This document shows, one piece after another, positions 20,627 through 29,638 of a stretch of DNA of 64,000 bases. The first letter of the stretch is position 1. Every line of letters begins with the position of its first letter. Position numbers and translations under genes: made by a program. Where the stretch lies: assembly GCA_017854795.1 (NCBI GenBank), contig JAFMHB010000006.1, positions 25,342 to 89,341 of the forward strand, written 5' to 3'. The DNA is from Candidatus Nanopelagicales bacterium (GTDB lineage Bacteria > Actinomycetota > Actinomycetes > S36-B12). The notes below the pieces were generated by a model. The model made no database searches. It was given only the letters and a program-made list of their open reading frames with translations, and was not told where the DNA came from.

Positions 20627-22160
20627 CGCACTTGTCACACTTGTACTGCGAGTCATCTCTGCTGCTGTGGCGGGTTGGTTTCTTTCTTTGGCTTATCCCT
20701 TCGCGAGCCAGTGGTGGCTAGCACCAGTCTCAATTGCGATTTTTACTATTGCGGCATGGAATACGAATAAGAAAATAAGTGCTCTCATCGGATTTATTTT
20801 CGGCCTAGTGGCCTTTCGTTTGCAACACGATTGGTTGATCGTGGTGGGCGTTGACGCAACCTGGATTCTGTCCATCTATCTAGCCCTATGGATTGCCCTT
20901 ATCGGCGTTTGTATTTCAGTTCTTTCCCGAGCAATCACTCGACAAATAATTCCTTGGCCGATAGGACTTGCCGCAATAGGTTCAATTTGGGTGGTGGAAG
21001 AATTCTTGAGGGGACGTTACCCATTCGGTGGTTACCCTTGGGCAAGGCTGGCTTTCAGCCAGGCCGACTCACCATTGGCTTTTTGGTCCCGGCTGGGTGG
21101 AGTGCCTTGGCTAAGTTTCATCGTGGTACTCATTGCAGTTTCATTCGTTGGGATTGTGTACATAGCTTCCATACGCGCGAAGTTGGTTCTCATACTGACC
21201 ATTACCGCCTCCTTTCTCATCCCACTTGCCCTTAGTGCCAATGCAACAAGCGCACCGACTGATTCGACCATTGCCATCGGCGTCGTGCAAGGGGGCACTC
21301 CACAAATAGGCATGGGTGCCATGGATGTTCGCCGAGCCGTCCTTGAAAATCACGTCAATGAAACAATCAAGCTGGCTTACAAAGTTAAGAGCGGCGAAGT
21401 TCCTCAGCCAGAGATAGTTATTTGGCCAGAGAACTCCTCCGATTTGGATCCATTCACCGAACCTGACGCCGCGACGCTGATCAACCGAGCAGCACAAGCA
21501 ATTGGTGTCCCGATTCTTGTCGGCGCAGTGGTTGACTCCTCCACGGATCCCCAAAACGAGGTGTACAACATGGGGATCTTGTGGGATCCCATAACAGGAC
21601 CCGGTGATACATACATTAAGAATGCCCCTGTTCCCTTTGGAGAGTTCATTCCATTCCGCAGCCTTTTGACTCAATTCATTTCACGGTATGACCGAGTACC
21701 GCGCGATTTTGCTCACGGGATCGAGCCGGGTATTTTCACCATTAACGGTGTCTCCCTGGGTGATCTGATCTGCTTTGAGGTAGCTGTCGACCCGGTCGTG
21801 AGTACGGTTATCAACGAAGGTGCGCAAATTCTTGTGGTTCAAACAAACAATGCAACCTATGCGGGAACGGCTCTTCCGGAGCAACAGCTTCACATTGAGC
21901 GACTCCGCGCAATTGAATACGATCGCACGGTGATCGTGGCTGCAACAACCGGTATCAGTGCGGAAATTTTCCCAGACGGTAGCGTGGGTCAGATTCTGCA
22001 AGATGGTGTCACAGGGTCATTTGTTGTGGAAGTGGCGCCGCACTCGAACTTGACTCTAGGTGCGCGGTTTGGCCCCTACATCGAATTGATCATTTGTCTG
22101 TTTGCCATAGGTATTTTGGTCGCAATCCCGATTCGTAGGCGTCAAAGGCTGACAAGTTAG
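20619..22160 (+). CDS. lnt: apolipoprotein N-acyltransferase
   Basis: Multi-TM N-terminus plus a CN-hydrolase domain with WPENSS (Glu) and LICFE (Cys). Adjacent to ppm1 as in mycobacteria. Confidence 0.85.
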   Translation: MGNALVTLVLRVISAAVAGWFLSLAYPFASQWWLAPVSIAIFTIAAWNTNKKISALIGFIFGLVAFRLQHDWLIVVGVDATWILSIYLALWIALIGVCISVLSRAITRQIIPWPIGLAAIGSIWVVEEFLRGRYPFGGYPWARLAFSQADSPLAFWSRLGGVPWLSFIVVLIAVSFVGIVYIASIRAKLVLILTITASFLIPLALSANATSAPTDSTIAIGVVQGGTPQIGMGAMDVRRAVLENHVNETIKLAYKVKSGEVPQPEIVIWPENSSDLDPFTEPDAATLINRAAQAIGVPILVGAVVDSSTDPQNEVYNMGILWDPITGPGDTYIKNAPVPFGEFIPFRSLLTQFISRYDRVPRDFAHGIEPGIFTINGVSLGDLICFEVAVDPVVSTVINEGAQILVVQTNNATYAGTALPEQQLHIERLRAIEYDRTVIVAATTGISAEIFPDGSVGQILQDGVTGSFVVEVAPHSNLTLGARFGPYIELIICLFAIGILVAIPIRRRQRLTS

Positions 22161-22169
22161 GGTGAGCAC

Positions 22170-22955
22170 GTGAGCGCAGTTCCGCAACCAGTTGACGCAG
22201 CACTTGGACGGGTTTTGGTCATCATTCCCACGTACAACGAAGTGGAAGCACTTCCCTTGATTCTGGCTCGCGTACAAAGCAGTGTCCCAACCGCGGAAAT
22301 TCTCATTGTTGACGACAACTCACCAGATGGCACAGGCAGGATCGCTGACCAATGGGTTGCCCAGAACACGGGGATTCATGTCATTCATCGTGTTGGCAAG
22401 GCAGGACTAGGCGCCGCCTACCTCGCAGGTTTCTCGTGGGGCCTGCAGCAGGGCTTTGATGTACTCGTTGAAATGGACGCTGATGGTTCACACCAGCCTG
22501 AACAGTTACCGGAACTGCTCGAGGCTCTGAAATATTCGGATCTCGTACTTGGCTCGCGTTGGGTCCAAGGGGGAGGAACCCAGAACTGGTCAAAGAACCG
22601 TGAGATTCTCTCCAAGGGTGGCAATTACTACACAAAAAAAATGCTGGGGATCGACATCAATGATGCCACTGGTGGGTACAGGGCATTCAAAGCCAACACA
22701 CTTCGCGCCCTAGATCTGCACGAGGTTGCGTCCGCTGGTTATTGTTTCCAGGTTGACCTTGCGTGGCGGGCGAAGCAGCGTGGCTTTGTTGTCACCGAAG
22801 TGCCAATTACCTTCGTGGAGCGTGAAGTCGGTACGAGCAAAATGAGTCGCAAGATCGTCACTGAGGCTTTATGGAGAGTTACGATCTGGGGAGTAGACCG
22901 GCGAATCAAGATGTTACGTCACAAGATGTCAAAAAACAGTGAGGTCAATGAGTGA
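22170..22955 (+). CDS. ppm1: polyprenol-monophosphomannose synthase (GT2)
   Basis: GT2 motifs IIPTYNE, DDNSPDGT and DADGSH. Confidence 0.85.
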   Translation: MSAVPQPVDAALGRVLVIIPTYNEVEALPLILARVQSSVPTAEILIVDDNSPDGTGRIADQWVAQNTGIHVIHRVGKAGLGAAYLAGFSWGLQQGFDVLVEMDADGSHQPEQLPELLEALKYSDLVLGSRWVQGGGTQNWSKNREILSKGGNYYTKKMLGIDINDATGGYRAFKANTLRALDLHEVASAGYCFQVDLAWRAKQRGFVVTEVPITFVEREVGTSKMSRKIVTEALWRVTIWGVDRRIKMLRHKMSKNSEVNE

Positions 22956-23458
22956 AGATACGTTCACGCCTTTTAGTTTTCGGTTATCCACTGGTTGAGA
23001 TTTTGCTATTTTGGTGGGTCGCCAGCATGACTGGGTGGGGGATTGCGATCTTGTTAATCATTGCTGGTTTCCCAGCAGGTGCAGCCTTGATGCGCAATGC
23101 AGCCGCCAAGGCCTCCGTAGTTGCGACGACACCCGATGAAAATAAGCCGAAGGTTGCACGATCTGCGGCTTTAATGTTTGTTTCTGGGCTTCTCATCTTG
23201 GTACCGGGTTTCGCCACTGACATCCTTGGCATAATTTTTTTAATCCCACCGATTGGAAATCGAATAGTAAAGGTCTTCAGTTCATGGATTGGTGCGCGCA
23301 TGGTGCGCATGCCGGGGTACGGAAATGCCGGTTTCACCGGAAGTCAATTTGCGGCTTATGTCGATGGTGAAGTAATCCGTGGGGTTGTGATCAGCGAAAC
23401 GGATGAGGATCCACATGAAAACGGAGGCCCCGCAGGGCCTCCGCAAATCAGTAATTAG
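22952..23458 (+). CDS. fxsA: FxsA family membrane protein
   Basis: N-terminal YPLVEILLFWWV, then TM helices and an acidic tail. Conserved ppm1-fxsA-rbpA neighbourhood. Confidence 0.75.
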   Translation: MKIRSRLLVFGYPLVEILLFWWVASMTGWGIAILLIIAGFPAGAALMRNAAAKASVVATTPDENKPKVARSAALMFVSGLLILVPGFATDILGIIFLIPPIGNRIVKVFSSWIGARMVRMPGYGNAGFTGSQFAAYVDGEVIRGVVISETDEDPHENGGPAGPPQISN

Positions 23459-23485
23459 TCGGGCATCGAACAGTCAGTCTCATTG

Positions 23486-23833
23486 TCACGCCGATTGAGC
23501 CAGAGACCCCTGGTGCAATAGTGCTACTCGTTCTTCATAGAGGGCTTTCAGTTCTTTCAAGGTTCGACGCTCGAGCAACATATCCCAGTGGGTGCGGACT
23601 GGACGATCCGGAATTTTTGGTTCAACCACGAAATTTGGTCGAACAGCGGCGCTGCCGCAGCGACAATCCCATTCAATGGGGATTTCCTCGGCTTCGACTG
23701 AAATGGGAATGAGTGACACGTGCCCCGATGGACATACGTACTTAACCGCGACTCTTTCGGCAGGGGGCACTAAGTCTTCGCGTTCTAGACTCAACGCTCC
23801 TAGACGTGTTCCTCTCATAGAGGTCTCAATCAT
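23486..23833 (-). CDS. rbpA: RNA polymerase-binding protein RbpA
   Basis: MRGTRLGA N-terminus, Zn-ribbon residues CPSGH...CRCG, and the sigma-interaction helix RTHWDMLLERRT. SD-like AAAGGGG upstream. Confidence 0.85.
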   Translation of the reverse strand: MIETSMRGTRLGALSLEREDLVPPAERVAVKYVCPSGHVSLIPISVEAEEIPIEWDCRCGSAAVRPNFVVEPKIPDRPVRTHWDMLLERRTLKELKALYEERVALLHQGSLAQSA

Positions 23834-23936
23834 GATGTGCCCCTTTCGTCACTCACTGATCCAACTTTTGGTTCGTTAAGGATCAGACGGACGAGATGCA
23901 GGCTTGGTTCCCTAAATAATCGAATTCCACAGCTGC

Positions 23937-24194
23937 CTATCGAGCAAAGAGGGCTAACACCACTATTGTGATGCCGATCACAGCCCCAGTCACGATCCAT
24001 GGGAAGGTTTTCCTCATGCGACCGTATTTTGGCTTTCCCACACCGTCGGAAATTTCCCCCTGCCGCTTGAGCCTCTCATTTCCTCTAGCAATCCTGGCCG
24101 ACCGGGCAATCCGATCGTCGGCGCTTGCCTCTTTGGGGCCTTTGGACAGGAACTCTGGGTCCAGCAATTCATCAAAATCGTGGGGATCACTCAC
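23937..24194 (-). CDS. hypothetical small tail-anchored membrane protein
   Basis: Charged N-terminal region plus a single C-terminal TM (FPWIVTGAVIGITIVVLALFA). I set the start to GTG 24194 (TAATAT ends 6 nt upstream); the track start is TTG 24200. Confidence 0.5.
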   Translation of the reverse strand: MSDPHDFDELLDPEFLSKGPKEASADDRIARSARIARGNERLKRQGEISDGVGKPKYGRMRKTFPWIVTGAVIGITIVVLALFAR

Positions 24195-24200
24195 CCGCAA

Positions 24201-24206
24201 ATATTA
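24201..24206 (-). promoter_or_regulatory. -10-like TAATAT, 6 nt before GTG 24194 (small membrane protein)
   Basis: Minus strand reads TAATAT-ttgcgg-GTG. Confidence 0.45.
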
Positions 24207-24219
24207 ACCTAATGCCAGC

Positions 24220-24225
24220 TAGGCT
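24220..24225 (+). promoter_or_regulatory. -10-like TAGGCT, 6 nt before ATG 24232 (TMEM175-like)
   Basis: TAGGCT-gccgcc-ATG. It is 13 bp from the opposite-strand TAATAT box. Confidence 0.5.
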
Positions 24226-24231
24226 GCCGCC

Positions 24232-24891
24232 ATGCCAACCGCAACGTTTAAAAGTGGCCGTGCTTTCGACCGATTAATCAACTTTTCAGATGCGGTTGTC
24301 GCCGTTGCCATCACTGTCCTAGTACTTCCGATCGCGGACATCTCGCTCACCCGCGGCGAGAACACAGTCTGGAGTGTTCTTTATGACCACGCTGGTCAGA
24401 TCATTACCTTCTTTTTTACATTTTTTGTCGTTTCGATTATGTGGCTCACACATAACCGGATCATGAATCAGATGCGTGGATATGACGGAGTTATTTTTTG
24501 GCTCAACACGGCTTGGCTCTCCGTGATCGCCTTCCTTCCCGTCACCAGTGCGCTTTATTCTGACGCTGGCGAAGACGGTTTGGGTGGATGGTTTTCAGGG
24601 AAAAGCCTCGGAGGAGCCGGAATGCTCTACTGGGGCTCCCTGGCACTGATCAGTTTAATTAGTGCCCTAATTTCTCTGCATGCACGCAGACACGCTCACC
24701 TCTATGACCCCGAGCAAAAGATCGTTCACACGTGGCAGAGTAATTTGAGAGGTTGGATTTACTCTATATATTTCCTGTCCATCGGAGTTGTTTCGCTCGT
24801 TTCTACGAACGTCTCGTCCTACATGCCTTGGGGCCTGATTTTATTGCCGTTCGTTTTTAAACAAGGAGAGTTCAACAACGATGAAGATTGA
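24232..24891 (+). CDS. TMEM175/DUF1211 family potassium channel-like protein
   Basis: Signature RLINFSDAVVAVAITVLVLP at the first TM, about six TM segments. Confidence 0.75.
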   Translation: MPTATFKSGRAFDRLINFSDAVVAVAITVLVLPIADISLTRGENTVWSVLYDHAGQIITFFFTFFVVSIMWLTHNRIMNQMRGYDGVIFWLNTAWLSVIAFLPVTSALYSDAGEDGLGGWFSGKSLGGAGMLYWGSLALISLISALISLHARRHAHLYDPEQKIVHTWQSNLRGWIYSIYFLSIGVVSLVSTNVSSYMPWGLILLPFVFKQGEFNNDED

Positions 24892-24995
24892 TTCGGATCC
24901 ACGGCCACAAGGCAACAGGGTCACGCTCAACCGAGTAGTTATTCAGGGACTGGATTGGCGGAGGAAGTTCACGACAGTTGATCATAAAATAGCCG

Positions 24996-25009
24996 ATAAT
25001 GTACATTAT
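24996..25009. promoter_or_regulatory. perfect 14-bp palindrome ATAATGTACATTAT, candidate operator/promoter element
   Basis: Self-complementary by inspection. It sits in an AT-rich patch about 150 nt upstream of ATG 25161. Confidence 0.4.
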
Positions 25010-25160
25010 GTCATATTTTAAACCTCAGGTAAGGCATAGGTGATTTCGAGTGAACACAGCATTTGCCGGTACCACTAATGTTCGTCATCAGGGTGACTGT
25101 CTCTTCATGGAGCTGCAGCACGAACAATTCATAAACTCGAACGATTCAAAGAGGAGAGTC

Positions 25161-25628
25161 ATGCTAGAAAAACTCGATCTGGTTCAGGCACATGAGCAGA
25201 TTCTGGTTTCTGACACCTGGGATATCACATCCGCTGTTGCTTTGGGTCAACTTTGTCTTGAGCGAGCAAGGACCAACGAACTTCCCATATTGATTATGGT
25301 GCGCCATCTCGGACAAACCGTGTTCTTAGCCGGGTTGCCCGGATCATCGACTTTGAACGAGAACTGGGCAATGCGCAAAATACGTTTGGTTGAGTTTTTC
25401 GGTAAAGGCTCAATGCTTGTACGCCTCGAACACGAGGCGGGTGGAATAAGCGTCTATGCAAAACATTCAATTTCCGAGGAAAAATACGCTGCTGTTGGTG
25501 GTGCCATTGCCCTTCGTAATTCCACCGGGGTTGTTGGCGTGCTTGTGGTTTCTGGCCTAGATCAATTCTCCGACCACATGTTTTGTGTCGACGCTCTCAC
25601 AGATTTTATGGTCCCTGACCACTTATAG
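25161..25628 (+). CDS. UPF0303 / heme-degrading-domain (GlcG-like) protein
   Basis: Family-like block LPILIMVRHLGQTVFLAGLPGSSTLNENWAMRKIRLVEFFG. Strong SD AGAGGAG at 25150-25156 before ATG 25161. An in-frame extension to GTG 25050 is possible but lacks SD or -10 support. Confidence 0.65.
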   Translation: MLEKLDLVQAHEQILVSDTWDITSAVALGQLCLERARTNELPILIMVRHLGQTVFLAGLPGSSTLNENWAMRKIRLVEFFGKGSMLVRLEHEAGGISVYAKHSISEEKYAAVGGAIALRNSTGVVGVLVVSGLDQFSDHMFCVDALTDFMVPDHL

Positions 25629-25631
25629 ACT
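25626..25631 (+). promoter_or_regulatory. -10-like TAGACT, 7 nt before trhO ATG 25639; its TAG is the upstream gene's stop codon
   Basis: TAGACT-ggtcatt-ATG. Confidence 0.45.
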
Positions 25632-25638
25632 GGTCATT

Positions 25639-26517
25639 ATGCAACCCCAGAAGATCCTCCTGTACTACATTTTTAGACCGTTAAGTGATCCACATGCAAT
25701 AAGTCTTTGGCAGAGAAAACTGTGTGAATCCTTAAATTTGCGTGGCCGGATTTTAATTTCCGAACATGGGATTAACGGCACTGTCGGTGGAGAAATTGAA
25801 CACCTCTTGAGTTACATCAAACACAACAAAGAGTATCCGCCATTCAAAGAGATTGATTACAAATGGTCAGAAGGAACGCGAGAAGATTTCCCCCGTCTGA
25901 AGGTCAAAGCCCGAAGTGAGATAGTTGGTTTCGGAATCCCGAATGAATTGAAGGTAGATTCCCAAGGTGTGATCGGTGGTGGACAACACCTCTCCCCCAC
26001 CGAATTGCACGACCTCGTTGAAGTCCGTGGAGATCAAGTCGCTTTTTTTGATGGCAGAAATGCTTTCGAGTCACGAATCGGACGGTTCAAGGGTGCGATT
26101 GTTCCCGATACGAACACCACACACGATTTCATCGCTGAAATTGATTCCGGCAAATACGATCATTTAAAGTCCAAGGCTGTTGTGACTTATTGCACGGGGG
26201 GAATTCGATGTGAAATTCTCAGTAGTGCCATGAAGTCACGTGGTTTTGAGGAGGTTTATCAACTCGATGGCGGGATCGTCAAATATGGTGAGGCATTTGG
26301 CAACAAAGGGCTCTGGGAAGGAAGCCTTTATGTTTTCGATCGCCGAATGGCAGTTGATTTTGAGCCAAATGTTGCCCCTATTGGACAGTGTGCCTACTGC
26401 GACGGGTTTACCAAAGATTTCTACAACTGTTCAAGTGACTGGTGCCGAGAGATGACCCTTGTTTGTGACACATGCGTTGGCCATGATGTGTTGTCCCTGG
26501 ACTGCATTCACGCTTAG
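25639..26517 (+). CDS. trhO: rhodanese-domain tRNA U34 hydroxylase (YceA/TrhO, UPF0176)
   Basis: N-terminus ILLYYIF...GRILISEHGINGTVGG and rhodanese active-site loop CTGGIRCE. I set the start to ATG 25639. Confidence 0.8.
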   Translation: MQPQKILLYYIFRPLSDPHAISLWQRKLCESLNLRGRILISEHGINGTVGGEIEHLLSYIKHNKEYPPFKEIDYKWSEGTREDFPRLKVKARSEIVGFGIPNELKVDSQGVIGGGQHLSPTELHDLVEVRGDQVAFFDGRNAFESRIGRFKGAIVPDTNTTHDFIAEIDSGKYDHLKSKAVVTYCTGGIRCEILSSAMKSRGFEEVYQLDGGIVKYGEAFGNKGLWEGSLYVFDRRMAVDFEPNVAPIGQCAYCDGFTKDFYNCSSDWCREMTLVCDTCVGHDVLSLDCIHA

Positions 26518-26553
26518 TGTTAATGACCATTGTTAACGCCGTTGGCAACGAAT

Positions 26554-29409
26554 CTAGTTGAGAGCTAGTTCCTCAATATTTGGGCAGCTACACACAAGAT
26601 TGCGATCCCCAAATGCCCCGTCAATTCTGCGAACCGGCGGCCAATACTTATTCGCACGAACGGATGGAGCGGGGTAAGCGGCGATGGACCCCGCGTAGGG
26701 CAGTTCACCACCGTCAATAAGACACGCGGCTGTGTGCGGAGCATTCACCAAAGGGTTGGAGTCTGCTGACCATTCACCGCTAGCAACCATGTGAATTTCT
26801 TGAGCAATGTTGACCATAGCGTTTATGAATCGATCCAATTCGGCTAGATTTTCACTTTCCGTCGGCTCAATCATAAGTGTTCCAGCCACAGGAAAACTCA
26901 TAGTCGGTGCGTGGAATCCGTAGTCGATGAGACGCTTGGCAATGTCATCGACGCTAATACCGGTGGCAGCAGTAATTGGTCGAATATCAATGATGCATTC
27001 ATGAGCTACTAGTCCGTTTGCACCGCTGTACAGCACAGGATAGTAATCATTTAGTTTGTGCGCGATGTAGTTTGCGCTGACAATTGCAACCTGTGTTGCC
27101 TCAAGGAGCCCTTGTGCACCCATCAGCCTGATGTAGGCCCAGGGAATGGGGAGAATCCCGGCACTCCCCCAAGGTGCCCCGCTTACGGGTCCAACTCCGC
27201 CGTCAACAAAGCCCATTCCGCTAGGACCGCACTCGGGGCGCAAAGGATGCGACGGAAGAAACGGTGCAAGGTGTGCTCGAACACCGACCGGACCAACGCC
27301 CGGACCTCCCCCACCATGAGGGATGCAGAATGTCTTGTGCAGGTTCAGGTGCGATACATCGGCGCCGAATTTTCCAGGCTTGGCCACACCCACGAGTGCA
27401 TTGAGATTTGCGCCGTCAACGTATACCTGCCCCCCTGCCTCATGAACCAGTTCACAGATGTCAGCCACCGCGGTTTCAAATACGCCATGAGTTGACGGAT
27501 ACGTAATCATCAAAGCCGCTACTTCGCCGGCGTATTTAGCCAGATTATTTTTGAGGTCATCAATATCGACATTCCCCAGTTCGTCACATGAAATAACGAC
27601 TACCCGCATGCCAGCCATTACCGCGCTCGCGGCATTCGTGCCGTGGGCACTGCTAGGAATTAAGCAAATATCCCTGTCATATTGCCCGATACTCTCCAAA
27701 TAGGCCTTGATGGCCAGTAACCCAGCAAACTCACCTTGACTTCCAGCATTTGGCTGCAACGACACTGCGTCGTAACCGGTTATTTCAACTAGGTATTTCT
27801 CCAGTTCGCGAATTAGTTCCACGTAACCCTGGGCTTGATCAAGGGGCGCGAACGGGTGAATATTGGCAAACTCCGACCAGGTTATGGGTTCCATTTCAAC
27901 GGTTGCATTCAATTTCATCGTGCAGCTGCCGAGGGGAATCATTGACCGATCAAGGGCGATGTCCTTATCAGAAAGCTTACGCAGGTATCGCAGCATTGCG
28001 GTTTCGGACCTGTAGGTATTGAAAACCGGATGCTCGAGAAAGCTCGTTGTGCGAATTGACGCCTGCGGAATTGATTGCGATGAGGGCCTAGCATTAGTGA
28101 TGAGCTTTCCGGGGGTCAGCACCTTCGCAATTGTGTCAATTGTTGCTCTTGTTGAGGTTTCGTCAAGTGAAATTCCCAAACTCGATTCGTTGGTGCGACG
28201 AACATTGATGCCTATTTCCTCGAGAGAATCTGCCTGTTGTTGTGCACTCGCTGACGTGAGCGTTATGGTGTCAAAAAATTCGTTAGATGCCAGCTGGAAA
28301 CCGTGCTCTGATAAATGTTCAGCCAGAATTGTGATGAGGTCGTTAACGCGTTTCGCTATTTCAGTCAGACCCTGGGGTCCGTGATAGGCGGCATACATTC
28401 CAGAAATAATGGCCAATAGCACCTGCGCTGTGCAAATATTGCTGGTGGCCTTTTCCCTCCGAATGTGTTGTTCACGGGTCTGAAGTGCGAGTCGATATGC
28501 CGGGGCGCCGTCTGCATCAACACTTACACCAACAAGACGACCTGGCAGGCTGCGTTCCAATCCTGACCGTACCGACATAAATCCAGCGTGTGGTCCACCA
28601 AATCCCATTGGTACACCGAATCGCTGCGCTGAACCAACGACTATGTCTGCCCCCAAAGAACCCGGTGATTCGATAAGGGTCAACGCAAGCAGATCCGTGG
28701 TCACGATTGCCATAGCCCCGGATGATTTGATCCGCTCAATGATCGGTCCTACGTTGTTGATATTTCCCGAAGATCCCGGGTAACAGATGACCACTCCAGC
28801 GAATTCTCCCTCGGGAATCGGCTCTGTCGAATCCCAACGCACTAATTCAACACCCAGCGGCTTCGCCCTGGTCATGAGCACCGCCATGGATTGCGGGTGT
28901 AAATCCTGATCGACCAATAAGGCATTGACATTCTTCTTTCCTACACGCAATGCCAGGGTCATAGCCTCAGCCACTGCGGTTGGCTCGTCCAATAAAGAAG
29001 CCCCTGCTACAGGTAATCCGGTTAAATCTTCGATCATGGTTTGAAAATTGATCAGAGCTTCAAGTCGACCTTGGGAAATCTCTGGTTGGTAGGGCGTATA
29101 GGCGGTGTACCAGGCCGGATTCTCCAAAATATTTCGCTTGAGAACGGCCGGTGTGTGGGTGTTGTAGTAACCCATGCCAATCAAACTTGTTGCGACGCTG
29201 TTTTTACCGGAAATTCTTTTTGCCAACTGGATGACGTCTTCTTCAGACCTTGCGGGAGGAAGGTCTAGTGCTTCATTCCAGCGAATAACCTCTGGCACGA
29301 CTGCCTGAGTGAAAGCTTCAATCGTTGGGTAACCCAGTACCTCGAGCATCTGCTCGACATCGCGCTTTCGCGGGCCGATATGACGATCAGAAAAACGGAT
29401 GTCAGTCAT
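26554..29409 (-). CDS. gcvP: glycine dehydrogenase (decarboxylating), single-chain P protein
   Basis: About 950 aa with PLP-lysine block [19 protein letters not shown]. Start ATG 29409 ([13 protein letters not shown]) with GGAG 7 nt upstream. The 14-codon track extension runs into the riboswitch. Confidence 0.95.
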   Translation of the reverse strand: MTDIRFSDRHIGPRKRDVEQMLEVLGYPTIEAFTQAVVPEVIRWNEALDLPPARSEEDVIQLAKRISGKNSVATSLIGMGYYNTHTPAVLKRNILENPAWYTAYTPYQPEISQGRLEALINFQTMIEDLTGLPVAGASLLDEPTAVAEAMTLALRVGKKNVNALLVDQDLHPQSMAVLMTRAKPLGVELVRWDSTEPIPEGEFAGVVICYPGSSGNINNVGPIIERIKSSGAMAIVTTDLLALTLIESPGSLGADIVVGSAQRFGVPMGFGGPHAGFMSVRSGLERSLPGRLVGVSVDADGAPAYRLALQTREQHIRREKATSNICTAQVLLAIISGMYAAYHGPQGLTEIAKRVNDLITILAEHLSEHGFQLASNEFFDTITLTSASAQQQADSLEEIGINVRRTNESSLGISLDETSTRATIDTIAKVLTPGKLITNARPSSQSIPQASIRTTSFLEHPVFNTYRSETAMLRYLRKLSDKDIALDRSMIPLGSCTMKLNATVEMEPITWSEFANIHPFAPLDQAQGYVELIRELEKYLVEITGYDAVSLQPNAGSQGEFAGLLAIKAYLESIGQYDRDICLIPSSAHGTNAASAVMAGMRVVVISCDELGNVDIDDLKNNLAKYAGEVAALMITYPSTHGVFETAVADICELVHEAGGQVYVDGANLNALVGVAKPGKFGADVSHLNLHKTFCIPHGGGGPGVGPVGVRAHLAPFLPSHPLRPECGPSGMGFVDGGVGPVSGAPWGSAGILPIPWAYIRLMGAQGLLEATQVAIVSANYIAHKLNDYYPVLYSGANGLVAHECIIDIRPITAATGISVDDIAKRLIDYGFHAPTMSFPVAGTLMIEPTESENLAELDRFINAMVNIAQEIHMVASGEWSADSNPLVNAPHTAACLIDGGELPYAGSIAAYPAPSVRANKYWPPVRRIDGAFGDRNLVCSCPNIEELALN

Positions 29410-29451
29410 GTAACACTCCAAGGTCGATGGGCATACTTGCTGGTTCCCCAT

Positions 29452-29638
29452 CTGTTTCTAAGGTTTCCCCTACCTGAGAGCTTCACCACCTTACGGCAGT
29501 TTTCCCCTTCGGTGCAATCCTAGGACTGCTTTCCAGATTAGCCTTTTTCTAGCGGTTCATGTGCCTGAGAGTTTGGTGGGGCCTTGCTCCTTCGGCGGTG
29601 CGCAAAATGTCACTTCTTTCCAACGCACTCTCTCCCGC
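29452..29638 (-). promoter_or_regulatory. tandem glycine riboswitch (two aptamers) in the gcvP leader
   Basis: Read on the minus strand. Aptamer 1 (29638-29552): GCGGGAGAGAG...GCACCGCCGAAGGAGCAAGG...CTCTCAGGCACATGAACCGC. Aptamer 2 (29536-29452): CTGGAAAGCAG...GCACCGAAGGGGAAAACTGCC...CTCTCAGGTAGGGGAAACC...CAG. Both carry the conserved GGAGAG/GGAAAG, CACCGAAGG-GCAA/GAAA and CTCAGG blocks. Confidence 0.9.

Noticed and set aside
24872-25006. A 44-codon minus-strand ORF (MYIIGYFMINCRELPPP...) starting inside the 14-bp palindrome, with TAAAAT 8 nt upstream.
   Set aside because: It has no SD and its spacing is outside the 5-7 nt seen elsewhere. It runs antisense into the end of the TMEM175-like gene, and its sequence has no recognisable features. 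I keep it only as a remote alternative explanation for the gap.
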